From Octopus bimaculoides (Eukaryota): a stretch of DNA of 64,000 bases. Shown here piece after piece: positions 1-10,454 of this stretch (its first letter is position 1; the number at the start of each line of letters is the position of its first letter). Below the pieces are notes generated by a model. It did not search any database, was not told the origin of the DNA, and was given only the letters and a program-made list of their open reading frames with translations. Made by a program: the position numbers and the translations under genes. The DNA lies in NCBI RefSeq assembly GCF_001194135.2, contig NC_069005.1, forward strand, positions 29,290,447 to 29,354,446. Reading direction: 5' to 3'.

Positions 1-181
1 TATATATATATATATATATATATATTAACAGATTGAGATGAAAAATCTGAGGCTGTAAAAGTTTTCAGTCAGAACATTTATAAAGAGAAGGTCTTACAGC
101 TGTTTCCAGGATATTTTATATATCCCTTCATTAGAGACGGTGTGAGAAAATGTTTAAGTAACAGTTGTGTGTGTGTGTGTG

Positions 182-345
182 TGTGTGCCAATTATTGTTG
201 GGTCCTCCAGTACCAATTATCGTTGTGCCCTTGGGGACAGTATCAGAAGGCATCAAGGGGAATATAAAGGAGATTGGAATAGAGTGCCCAGGGAAACTGT
301 TACAAAAGGTTTGCCTCCTCGGTTGAAAAGAACAGATAGCAATGG
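182..345 (+). mobile_element. Degenerate 3' end of an RLE-type (R4/Dong/NeSL-like) non-LTR retrotransposon ORF
   Basis: With one frameshift reads PIIV(GA)LGTVSEGIKGNIKEIGIECPGKLLQKVCLLG, like the PIVVGALG...LQKxxLLGTARI C-terminus of RLE LINEs. Confidence 0.55.
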
Positions 346-495
346 TACCATAAGCTGCAGACAGCAAGCCTGCTATGCATGCAAAACTCCAGGAGTTCCA
401 ACAAAACCTGAGTTCAAAAAAAGTAAAAATAAAGATAATGGTAATAATAGAAAACAAAAATATATTATAAAAAAATAACATTTCTGATTTCTTAC

Positions 496-673
496 TTTGT
501 GGCTCATCAAAGGGAATATTCTTCTTTTTTCTCGGACGAATCAATTGCCAGTTTGGAATTACATGCGGTGGACTCTGCGGCTCCAGAGATTGCGTACGAC
601 TCTGTGAGATCCAGACAGGATGTGGATGGAAATATGACAATCCTATCTGGCGAAGTTTTTCACTTGCTGTAGC
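496..673 (-). CDS. ADGB: Androglobin exon (ATASEKLRQIGLSYFHPHPVWISQSR...PNWQLIRPRKKKNIPFDEPQ); gene continues beyond left edge
   Basis: ttgtag/gtaaga, 178 nt phase 0-1; resembles SAEKLREYGLSH..HPV....R...WKLIRQKK. Confidence 0.9.
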
Positions 674-1342
674 CTACAAAGGATGAATCTATATAATAAT
701 CTGCTAGTTCATGAGTGAGTGAGTGAGTGAGAGGTGGAGTAGAAATGAGAGAGAGAGAGAGAGAGGGGCTGGGGGAGAAATGTGAGTAGAGAAGAAAGAA
801 GAGAAAAGTATAATAATACACTAAGGCGAAATGCATCACGTGGTTAGTTAAGAGAGGGGCGAAGAGTGACAGAAAAAGATGGTGAGAGAAAAGAGGGAGA
901 GAGAAGTGTTAATGCTGTGCTGTAGGGTAGGGAGAGAACGGTGAAGAGAAAGAGGGAAATGTTAAAGACATGAAAAGGGGAATTACATGGTTAAGAAGTT
1001 TGTTGAAGGGGTAGAGAGAAAGAGAGAAATGTAAAGTGCTTAGCAGGGGGACATTTTAAAATCAGATAATATATTATTGTGGCCGGACAGACAGACAAAC
1101 AGATTTCGAAAGTATACTCAGAAGTATGCTAGCAAGAGTATGCTAGCAAGAGATGCTTGCTTCATTTTTTTACAGTTTTAGATGGACGAACAGACAGACA
1201 AATAGACAGATAGACAGACAGACAGAAAAATAGATACCCTATTTATATGGAAGTATTCAAACACATATATATAAACAATACAAAAACCGTCATATTTAAA
1301 AAGAAAAAGAACAATAAAGGGAAAAAAAGCTTGTAACCTTAC

Positions 1343-1455
1343 CATTTCTGCAAATGAAGAAGCTTTTAAAGGTGCTGGTGGTGTCCAATGTGTAGCAAAT
1401 ACCATTATTCCACTGTTTTCATTATTTTTCACATCAATCTGATTGAACCTTTCTC
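1343..1455 (-). CDS. ADGB: Androglobin exon (ERFNQIDVKNNENSGIMVFATHWTPPAPLKASSFAEM)
   Basis: ttccag/gtaagg, 113 nt phase 1-0; resembles MVVYATFTP...SLEKM. Confidence 0.8.
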
Positions 1456-2055
1456 CTGGAAAATGATGGGAAATCCCAAGAACAGGTCGTTTTCTACAGT
1501 TTATTCATATAAAAAAGCTATAGAACGTCAAAACTAAAATACCTGGTGGTAGTTAGTTTCGTCCTTGTAGATTTGTCATCATTGTCACCGTCATTGTCAT
1601 CAACATTGTCGTCGTTATCATTTAATGTCCATTTTTCCATGCTTGCATGAAATTGGATGAAATTTCTGGAGGTACCTTTTTTCCGTCTTTTACAGCTGGA
1701 TGCTCTTCCTATCACCCACTCTCACTTGTTTCCAAGTAAAGTAGTATTTTCCCTTGGCTGAACATGCTTTACGCAAAAGACTGAAAGCGAAGGACCCCAT
1801 TTGCATGGTGGTGGCACTTGCCCACAGCTATCATGTGATGTCGTGGGAAGGAGACAATAACTCAAACACATATATTTGTCTTAGAAAGGGCATCCAGCCA
1901 TAAAAACCATACCAGAACAGACCTCACTGATGCTGGTGTCACATAAAAGGGACAATTGGGGGAATATGGGGCAACATGTTTTCTAAGTTTATTTAAATAT
2001 TTGATTCAACAGTTAAATTTTTTGTTTCAGCAAAAGAGACCATTGGAATGAATAC

Positions 2056-2447
2056 CAAACATNNNNNNNNNNNNNNNNNNNNNNNNNNNNNNNNNNNNNN
2101 NNNNNNNNNNNNNNNNNNNNNNNNNNNNNNNNNNNNNNNNNNNNNNNNNNNNNNNNNNNNNNNNNNNNNNNNNNNNNNNNNNNNNNNNNNNNNNNNNNNN
2201 NNNNNNNNNNNNNNNNNNNNNNNNNNNNNNNNNNNNNNNNNNNNNNNNNNNNNNNNNNNNNNNNNNNNNNNNNNNNNNNNNNNNNNNNNNNNNNNNNNNN
2301 NNNNNNNNNNNNNNNNNNNNNNNNNNNNNNNNNNNNNNNNNNNNNNNNNNNNNNNNNNNNNNNNNNNNNNNNNNNNNNNNNNNNNNNNNNNNNNNNNNNN
2401 NNNNNNNNNNNNNNNNNNNNNNNNNNNNNNNNNNNNNNNNNNTGTAT
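2056..2447 (-). CDS. ADGB: Possible ADGB exon mostly hidden in the N-gap 2063-2442
   Basis: A phase 0 to phase 1 exon is required between 3756 and 1455; acceptor ttttgatttag|ATACA at the right gap edge and ATG TTT G|gtattc at the left edge. Confidence 0.35.
2063..2442. other. Assembly gap (N); other gaps at 2796-3658, 10567-11022, 19198-20060, 32194-32931, 48740-48765 and 53139-53867
   Basis: N runs. Confidence 1.
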
Positions 2448-2503
2448 CTAAATCAAAAATTATTATAAAGATCTAACACTACCACTGCACACATTTTTGT
2501 TTT

Positions 2504-2733
2504 TTAACCCTTTTGTTACCAACCTGGCTGAAACTGGATCTGGCTCTGTAGTACAAATGTCTTGTTTTCATAAATTTTGAATTAAAATCTTCCACCAAAC
2601 CTTAGTCACAATTTATGTTCCTTGCACTAGCTTAATGATAATGAAGTTGTTTTACTAAATTCTTTGTTATATTTAAAATTAATTGAAAGAAACACAGAGC
2701 ATCTCAACAGAAGTACGGTAACAAAAGGGTTAA
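2504..2733. mobile_element. piggyBac-like MITE family 1
   Basis: TTAA+CCCTTTTGTTACC ... GGTAACAAAAGGG+TTAA, a perfect 17-bp inverted repeat including TTAA; a second copy starts about 2750 and runs into the gap. Confidence 0.8.
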
Positions 2734-3755
2734 TGTCACCATGATATTTTCAACCCTTTTGATGCCAACCTGGCTGAAACCACCTCTGGATCTGTNNNNN
2801 NNNNNNNNNNNNNNNNNNNNNNNNNNNNNNNNNNNNNNNNNNNNNNNNNNNNNNNNNNNNNNNNNNNNNNNNNNNNNNNNNNNNNNNNNNNNNNNNNNNN
2901 NNNNNNNNNNNNNNNNNNNNNNNNNNNNNNNNNNNNNNNNNNNNNNNNNNNNNNNNNNNNNNNNNNNNNNNNNNNNNNNNNNNNNNNNNNNNNNNNNNNN
3001 NNNNNNNNNNNNNNNNNNNNNNNNNNNNNNNNNNNNNNNNNNNNNNNNNNNNNNNNNNNNNNNNNNNNNNNNNNNNNNNNNNNNNNNNNNNNNNNNNNNN
3101 NNNNNNNNNNNNNNNNNNNNNNNNNNNNNNNNNNNNNNNNNNNNNNNNNNNNNNNNNNNNNNNNNNNNNNNNNNNNNNNNNNNNNNNNNNNNNNNNNNNN
3201 NNNNNNNNNNNNNNNNNNNNNNNNNNNNNNNNNNNNNNNNNNNNNNNNNNNNNNNNNNNNNNNNNNNNNNNNNNNNNNNNNNNNNNNNNNNNNNNNNNNN
3301 NNNNNNNNNNNNNNNNNNNNNNNNNNNNNNNNNNNNNNNNNNNNNNNNNNNNNNNNNNNNNNNNNNNNNNNNNNNNNNNNNNNNNNNNNNNNNNNNNNNN
3401 NNNNNNNNNNNNNNNNNNNNNNNNNNNNNNNNNNNNNNNNNNNNNNNNNNNNNNNNNNNNNNNNNNNNNNNNNNNNNNNNNNNNNNNNNNNNNNNNNNNN
3501 NNNNNNNNNNNNNNNNNNNNNNNNNNNNNNNNNNNNNNNNNNNNNNNNNNNNNNNNNNNNNNNNNNNNNNNNNNNNNNNNNNNNNNNNNNNNNNNNNNNN
3601 NNNNNNNNNNNNNNNNNNNNNNNNNNNNNNNNNNNNNNNNNNNNNNNNNNNNNNNNNNGGATGGAGAAGCAGGGTCCTGCATGTAGAAGAAGAAGGAGGA
3701 GGAGGAGGAGGAGGAGGAGGAGGAGGGGGGAGAAGAAGAAGAAGAAGAAGCTCAC

Positions 3756-3903
3756 AGATTTGCTTGGCTGGACAATGATTGATTCTACAGCATCAACAGG
3801 GAGTGTTTCAACAACCGGTTCTTCCTTTGCAGTTGCATCTTCTGGCTTCCATTCTGGCAGCACTTTGGTCAGCAACTGCCAGGTTTTCTCTGTGTTTTTG
3901 TGG
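3756..3903 (-). CDS. ADGB: Androglobin exon (HKNTEKTWQLLTKVLPEWKPED...QPSKS)
   Basis: tcacag/gtgagc, 148 nt phase 2-0; resembles KVWELLKEILPEFK. Confidence 0.87.
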
Positions 3904-4108
3904 CTGTGATAAGCAACAGCAACAACAACGACATGTGATTATTTTTAGGATAAGTGTGAGAGGCCAGATCTGGCCAGTTTGAACATAAAAACAGGTAGAA
4001 ATATTTTGGCTGGGTATGGCCCAGTTTAAAAGTCAAAGGGTTAAACTGTCAAGTTTTGGACACAGAAAGGATGTTGAAAATTACAAAGCAACACAAAGAC
4101 AAACTCAC

Positions 4109-4198
4109 GTGATTTGAACTACCTCAGGGAGCCAACCGGTTAAAGTGTGCAAGACGTTGAATTCCCCAATTTCATTGCTTCCACAGTTCAGAGTGTAG
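4109..4198 (-). CDS. ADGB: Androglobin exon (YTLNCGSNEIGEFNVLHTLTGWLPEVVQI)
   Basis: gaacag/gtgagt, 90 nt phase 2-2; LTGWLPEV motif. Confidence 0.92.
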
Positions 4199-4782
4199 CT
4201 GTTCAATAGAGAGAGAAGGAAAAGACTGACATATTGTTGAGATTAAACACGGCTAAAAATCGAAGACAATGGGATGAGGTGATGAAGCATGAGCTTCGTA
4301 AGTTGGGTGTCACAGAGGCAATGACAAGTGATCAAGACCTTTGGCAGTTTGCTGCACTTGAGAAGATTCCTCGAGCCAAGTAAAATTGTAGTTGTAGTAG
4401 GTGCCAGTGAGATGTAAGGGCACCTGTGTCAGTGACACATAAAGGGACCCATGACAGTGACACATAAAAGCACCCCTGCTAGGGACACGTCAAAGCACCT
4501 GTGCCAGTGGCTTGTAAAAGGTACCCACCACACTCTCGGAGTGGTTGGTGTTAGGAATGGCATTCAGCCATAAAAACCAAGCCAAAATCAGACTGGAACC
4601 TGGTGCAGCTCTCTAGCTTACTAGTTCCAGTCAAACCGCCATGCAGTGGGATTGAACTCAAATCTATGTAGTTGGGGAGCAATCTTCTTAACCACACAGC
4701 CAATTTTTTAAAAAAGAAATATATATATATATAAATAACATTTAAAGCTGCAAAAGAAAAGTAAAAACAAATACTTTCTTAC

Positions 4783-4919
4783 TTTAGGCTGGCAACTTTG
4801 AGTAGTGCCTTTGTGAGTAACATGGGCCATAATTCATGTGGTTGTGTTGTTGTAGGTAGGAGTAACTTGTCTTTGCTAAACGGCAGAGTGTCATCAATGA
4901 CCAGCTTTCTCCAGCAGCC
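4783..4919 (-). CDS. ADGB: Androglobin exon (GCWRKLVIDDTLPF...ELWPMLLTKALLKVASL)
   Basis: tttcag/gtaaga, 137 nt phase 0-2; calpain WxxxxIDDxLP and ELWPxLLxKA motifs. Confidence 0.94.
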
Positions 4920-5105
4920 CTGAAACAAATAATTATAATAATTACTGTATTTACTCTTACTCATGGATAAGTACGCTCCTAATTTAGCATCAAATCTTGG
5001 TGCAGCTTAATATGTTCCTAAAAAGGGTCATTTCCAATATCTAAAACGGGTGCACCATTAATAAGTGAACCTCAGTATATATTCAGCAGACTGAGTAGAT
5101 CCAAA

Positions 5106-5338
5106 GGCAGCGCACTGGCAGAAACGTTACCCTACCGGGCGAAATGCTTAGCAGTATTTCGTCTGCTGTTACGTTCTGAGTTCAAATTCCGCCGAGGTCG
5201 ACTTTGCCTTTCATCCTTTCAGGGTCGATAAATTAAGTACCAGTTACGCACTGGGGTCGATGTAATCGACTTAGTCTCTTTGTCTGTCCTTGTTTGTCCC
5301 CTCTATGTTTAGCCCCTTGTGGGCAATAAAGAAATAAG
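5106..5338 (+). mobile_element. tRNA-derived SINE family A, near full length
   Basis: A-box tggcagaaacg, B-box gagttcaaattcc, central domain ctttgcctttcatcctttc.gggtcgataaattaagtaccag; other copies (approx.): 7158-7248(-), 7290-7490(-), 14845-15042(+), 15066-15270(+), 23100-23247(-), 36590-36690(-), 45380-45500(-), 46820-47001(-), 52000-52205(-), 52250-52385(-). Confidence 0.85.
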
Positions 5339-5404
5339 ACTGAATAGATCCAGCTTAATTTGACGGAGCCAAATATGTGATGCTTTATAAAATGTGCCCT
5401 TTAT

Positions 5405-5690
5405 CGTCGTTGTCAGCATCCTTTAATGTCTGTTTTCCATGCTGGCATGGGTTGGACGGTATGACCAGTGCTGGCAAGCTGAAGAGCTGCTCTAGGTTCC
5501 AGTCTGATTCGGCTTGGTTTCTATAACTCAACACCTTTCCTAATGCCAACCACTTTACAGTGTGTGCTGGGTGCTTTTAACGTGCCACTGGCACAAACAC
5601 TTTTGCGTGACACCAGTACAAGAGCTATTTAGGTGGAACCAGCACGAGTACTTTTTACGTGACACCAGCACAGCACTCTGGTGGTGGTGG
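5405..5690 (-). mobile_element. RTE-type LINE 3' end / LINE-tail repeat family D with (GAT)n tail
   Basis: catcat..tttaa.gtc..ttttccatgctggcatgggttggacggt...ctacagctggatgccct; copies (approx.): 1610-1720(-), 4400-4640(+), 8985-9120(+), 13690-13865(-), 17190-17320(+), 24390-24600(-), 24930-25020(-), 38335-38480(+), 55340-55560(-), 61700-61775(-). Confidence 0.75.
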
Positions 5691-5870
5691 TGGTGGTGGT
5701 GGTGGTGATGATGAGGAGGAGGAGGAGGAGGATTATCTTGATTAAATAAAGCAGTGATATGATGGCTATATCTCATTATCTTTTGTAGTGTGATTTAAAT
5801 TATGATGAACAATATCTGCTAAGACATGTAAGAAAAAGGTTACCCGTGATTGTGAAAGAAACACACTTAC

Positions 5871-6092
5871 CATGAAATATAAACGGACGATGTATTTGCC
5901 ATGTGGATTGTATAGGGGCATGTGTGGCCCTTTGCCTGACTTGCACAATGCATACAGGTGTTCCCAGGGTCTCCAGCTGTGGGTGTAGTTAATAAAGGGT
6001 GTGTTGGGATCAGAGACAGCAAACAAGTGTGGCGCGGGGAGGGAGCTGAACTCCCATAATGCAATGATCTGGCCAATTATATTCCGCATGAC
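5871..6092 (-). CDS. ADGB: Androglobin exon (VMRNIIGQIIALW...WRPWEHLYALCK...PLYNPHGKYIVRLYFM)
   Basis: ttttag/gtaagt, 222 nt phase 0-0; calpain N.xGKYxVxLY motif. Confidence 0.93.
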
Positions 6093-6121
6093 CTAAAATA
6101 GAAAGGATCTGCATTATAAGA

Positions 6122-6226
6122 ATGAGTGTGTGTGTGCACGTGTACGCATGTGTGTGTGTGTTTGTATGCATGTGTATGTGTTTGTGTGTGCATGTATGTG
6201 TATGTGCACATGTGTGTGTGTGTGTG

Positions 6227-6263
<37 letters not shown>
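6122..6263. repeat. Compound (GT)n microsatellite; similar SSRs at 1-25 (TA), 167-187 (GT), 3685-3750 (GAG/GAA), 5677-5706 (GGT), 7797-7917 (GT/GA), 13451-13510, 18405-18450 (TAG/CAG), 18637-18672, 20061-20115 (TA), 33160-33235, 44989-45040 (CA)
   Basis: Directly visible tandem repeats. Confidence 0.95.
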
Positions 6264-6264
<1 letters not shown>

Positions 6265-6399
6265 ACACAAAAAAAGAGGAAGAGATACGAGACATATAAC
6301 ATAGAGGATAATTAGATGTTCTTAGAGGAGAATTCTTACAGACCAAATCAGTGGTTTGTGCTGAATTCCAGTCAGACCAAAGCTAATGTTGTGACAGAA

Positions 6400-6595
6400 A
6401 TGAAATCCCAAGCATGGAAGCAAGATCTGGAATCAAAAGGCCTCAAATGTAACTGAACAAAGACCAAAGTGCTGGTTAACGAGAAAACAGGCAGGGACGC
6501 TAATCCCTTCAGGTAAATGGCACTGTTTAATACGTAGGCGTTGGTAGAAATTCCATATGGTGTACTCAGTACACACTATAGACACATAAGAGACA
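6400..6595 (+). mobile_element. Degenerate RTE-clade LINE reverse-transcriptase fragment
   Basis: Reads WKQDLESKGLKCN*TKTKVLV...SGKWHC...GRNSIWCTQ...HK, like RT C-terminal motifs of RTE/RTE-X elements, with stops and frameshifts. Confidence 0.6.
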
Positions 6596-6633
6596 AACAG
6601 ACAGACAGGTAGACAAACCAGCAGATAGATTAC

Positions 6634-6711
6634 CTCACTTTCATGAAGATGTTCGTTGTTAGTGACCAGATCAAACATGTTTAACGAGTTATTTTCAACA
6701 ATCACAGGTAT
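6634..6711 (-). CDS. ADGB: Androglobin exon (IPVIVENNSLNMFDLVTNNEHLHESE)
   Basis: ttgtag/gtaatc, 78 nt phase 0-0. Confidence 0.9.
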
Positions 6712-7253
6712 CTACAAAGAAACAAATAATGAGAAAAGTAAAGAAAAAAAGAAAAACAATCAACGAAAAATGGAGAAAAAGATGGGTTTACCGTTATTGT
6801 CTTCATTTGTGAAAACATTTTATCATGTTTTATATTTATGATTTTTGTAATATTCTCCCCAGAACTTCTTACTGCTATTAAGGTTACAAATAGAATATCT
6901 AAATAATTTTTGGTGTTTAACAATCGATATTTTTTTTTCTATTGAATTCCAAGTCAATTTTTCCCCACACTAATTTGATCATTTTCAAGTTTCATAAAAA
7001 TGATGATAAAATGATGATAAAATGGGGCAAAATGAGTAATGTCTAATTTCAATTTCTTCTTTTTAACTGCATGGTGTGTAAATATATTCAGAAGAGAGCC
7101 ATTCCAGCAGACCATGAAAAAGCTTTAGATTATATTTTATGTTGAATTTTTTTTTGATTGGCGGAATTTGAACTCAGAACGTAAAGACGGATAAAATGCC
7201 GCTAAGCATTTTGCCTGGTCTGCTAATGATTCTGCCAAGCTCACCACCTTATA

Positions 7254-7284
<31 letters not shown>

Positions 7285-7539
7285 CGATGATTTCAAATTT
7301 TGACACAAGGCCAGCAATTTCAGTAGATTACCTTGAAACCCAGTGATCAACTGGTACTTATTTTATCGACTCCTAAAGAATAAAAGGCAATGCTGACCTT
7401 GGCAGAGTATGAACTCAGAACGTAAAGACACATGAAATGCCACTAAGCATTTTGCCCAGCATGCTAACGATTCCACCAGCTCGCTGCCTTAACGATGATG
7501 CAGTATTATTGACAAGAGTAAGAAAAGCATTCGACTTAC

Positions 7540-7635
7540 CTTATCACTTAAAATTTCATGAGGCCGTTTCCAGTGATCTACCTTTAACGAGGGAGGAAGC
7601 TCAATTTTCCCTTCAGGGTCTTCGAAGTACTGGGT
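7540..7635 (-). CDS. ADGB: Androglobin exon, calpain-like domain start (TQYFEDPEGKIELPPSLKVDHWKRPHEILSDK)
   Basis: taccag/gtaagt, 96 nt phase 0-0; FEDPEGKIELPPSLK is characteristic of ADGB. Confidence 0.93.
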
Positions 7636-7799
7636 CTGGTAAAACGTAAGAAATGTTTTTGACTGTTATAGCTATAAAACAGCATCTTGTTATTGTTGTT
7701 GTCGTAGTTGCTGCTGTTACTGTTATATAAGCTGTTCATCCACAACACATACAGAAATACAATTGTGGTGTTGGTGGTGGTGGTGGATGAGTGGATGGT

Positions 7800-7871
<72 letters not shown>

Positions 7872-7872
7872 A

Positions 7873-7905
<33 letters not shown>

Positions 7906-8364
7906 TGTGTGTGTGTCTCCCTCTGTCTTTTTGTTTGTCCCTCATCATTGCTTGACAACCAATGAAGGTGTATTTACATCCCCCTTAATTTAGCAGTTCA
8001 GCAAAACAGACTGACAGAATAAATACCAGCACTTTTAAAAAAACATAAGTATTGGGGGTCAATTCATTTGATTAAAATTCTTCAAAGCAGTACCCCAGCA
8101 TGGCCACACTCAAACGATTGAAAAAAAGTAAAAGATAAAAGATCATCTTAACATCCACTTTTTCATGCTTGCATAGTTCAAGTTAAATTCTATGGTCTGA
8201 TGACCTTTCTGTTACCAACCCTCACTTGTTCCCAACAAAGGAAAAAAATCCTCTGGTCCATGAATGACCAGCTTGGACATAGTCTTAGAATGAAAATGCT
8301 TCAATGTTGTGGCCGATGGGTCATTTTTAAGAAAAATCCTCTTTGAGGATTTACTTCAACTCAC

Positions 8365-8412
8365 CACGGGGGATTTTGTCTTGGACGTATCTTTTCCTTT
8401 ACCGAGAAATTC
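8365..8412 (-). CDS. ADGB: Androglobin exon (EFLGKGKDTSKTKSPV)
   Basis: tttcag/gtgagt, 48 nt phase 0-0; resembles DAGKGAKEKDKTGKSPV. Confidence 0.82.
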
Positions 8413-8499
8413 CTGAAATGATAAAATCCAAGAATGAGGGTCACATCACACCAAAGAATATGGAAAACTGCACCAAAGTAATTAATTAACATTTCCCAA

Positions 8500-8900
8500 C
8501 CAATCAAATGAACATACAAACATGTATGACAGACACATAGCACAGATATCACAAACATATAACAGACATATAATTCGTGTGTAATGCACATATAACAAAC
8601 GTACATACATACATATAATATACATCATCATCATCATCATCATCATTGGAAGATGGATGTTAAATGATGATGATGATGATATATGTTTGCTATAACAAAC
8701 ATACAAAACACATAGCAAGCATGCAAGACACATCTACCAAACATACAAAACAAATATAAACAACACATAACACAAATAATAAACGTGTAATACACATATA
8801 ACAAGCATACAACATACATATAGCAAACAACATATAACACATATAATAAGCATAACAAACAGATAAGAAATATGATAAAAATATAACACACATATAACCT
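8500..8900. repeat. Degenerate (ACAT/ACATA)-based low-complexity array with embedded (CAT)n and (GAT)n
   Basis: About 400 bp of C/A-rich imperfect short units; source of spurious Cys/Tyr/Val ORFs. Confidence 0.75.
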
Positions 8901-9447
8901 TTCATCATCTGACACAAGATCACCTCCTCCAATGCCCCCTCCCCACTAAAAAATTCCTTGTCTTGCAAGATACTTGGTGACCCTGCTGGAGCTGGTGCCA
9001 TGTAAAAAGCATCCAGTCCACACTGTAAAGTGGTTGGCATTTGGAAGGGCATCCAGCTGTAAAAACCATCCCGAAACTGTCCTAATCTGTGCTGGTGCCA
9101 TGTAAAAAGTCCACTCAGCCCATTCTGCTGTCGGTCAGTAAGGGACATGCTCAAGTGGTTATGGTCAAACAGCTGATAAGTCAAACTGTGGTATTGAGCA
9201 GAATATTTGCTATAACGATATTTCTGCTTCAGCAACTCAGCATTGAATCTGTCTGAAATGTAATGGGAAATAGGTCAGTTTCAAAACATAGATGTCCACA
9301 TGACAGAATCAACGTTTGAAGGGAATAGTAGTGATTTGCTTTGATTTCTAGATAGAAACAAATAAGAAACAACACATACTGACCAAAGACAATAAAGATT
9401 TAAAATTTTGTTACACAGTGTAATCCAATAATCTGATAATCTCTTAC

Positions 9448-9535
9448 CCATTTCTCTGAATCCACATCTGTGAACTCTGGCCATATCAGGCTTTTGGTTT
9501 TTAGAGTAAGGGCTCCAACTGGTGTAGTAGCTGAG
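9448..9535 (-). CDS. ADGB: Androglobin exon (SATTPVGALTLKTKSLIWPEFTDVDSEKW)
   Basis: ttccag/gtaaga, 88 nt phase 2-0; resembles ADGB LWPEWSEADINSEKW. Confidence 0.85.
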
Positions 9536-10454
9536 CTGGAAATAATAATATAACTTTGATTTTAATTTGAATTGATCTTAAACGCTTTTCCAGTCACAGA
9601 AATACACGTTTTTAATTTAATTTTCAGTGATTAATACTGATTAATAACAAAATCGTAACCTGCGCAGTGGGACTGAACCTGGAACCATGTGGTTTGTAAG
9701 CAAGCTACTTACCACACAGCCACTCTCTCTCTATATATATGGGTGTATGTATTTCTATTCAAAATGTGGCATCCAAAATATAAATAATGTAAACTTAATT
9801 CAGTTGGGATACAGATGCATAAAATGCATAAAAAAAGAGAAAATCACGAAGTTAAACCATTAGAGTGGACATCACAACACAACTTTCTTCCAATGGTAAT
9901 GTAGTGAATTTTAAAGAACGACTAGTCAATTTTATTTACTAGCCTTGAAACTGCTCTTTGGGCGGCATTCAGGTTAGCTCCTGCAGAGAGCAACTCTGAG
10001 GCCTTTGGCCCCACTATCGGGTCTTTCGCGGCCCTCTACCCTTGTGTAATGTAATGAACTCAGACACATTCGTTGTATATGTATCTAGTGGTATTAATTA
10101 TCCGATACCCCATTCCAAACTCCCTACCCGAAAAATAGTCACACACCCATACCCATACGCTCAGTACCTGGGTGGAAGTAAAGAATGTGGGCTCCCCCCC
10201 CTTTTTTTACAGAATCCCTCATTTTCGAGTACGGAGATTCTGATTCTGCAAAAAAAAAAAAAAAAAACCCACAAAAAAACGGTATTTTAAAATTTTAATC
10301 CCCCTCCCTGACACACACCTAAATTCTTCAATTTTCGCTACGCAGACGGAAACTGAAAGAAGCCTGTCGTATATATGTATATATATATATATATATATGT
10401 GTGTATGCATATGTTTGTGTGTCCGTGTGTGCCCCCCCACCACCACCACCACAT

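Noticed and set aside
131-640. 169-aa ORF as a complete protein
   Set aside because: Only 673-496 is an ADGB exon; the rest is intron read-through over an antisense LINE remnant
2048-3875. Long ORF-track entries containing X runs (also at 10531-11028, 19139-20157, 32109-32959 and 52927-53904)
   Set aside because: Artefacts of translating N gaps
5106-5200. tRNA genes suggested by A/B boxes (also at 36000-36082 and other SINE heads)
   Set aside because: Heads of multi-copy SINEs without a complete cloverleaf
6010-6346. HT/CV-repeat ORFs (also at 7584-7958, 8482-9235, 13267-13521, 42293-42481 and 44851-45238)
   Set aside because: Translations of microsatellites and low-complexity DNA
9945-10330. 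GC-richer patches in ADGB intron 1-2 as extra exons
   Set aside because: No consistent splice pair or open frame; likely unclassified repeat remnants
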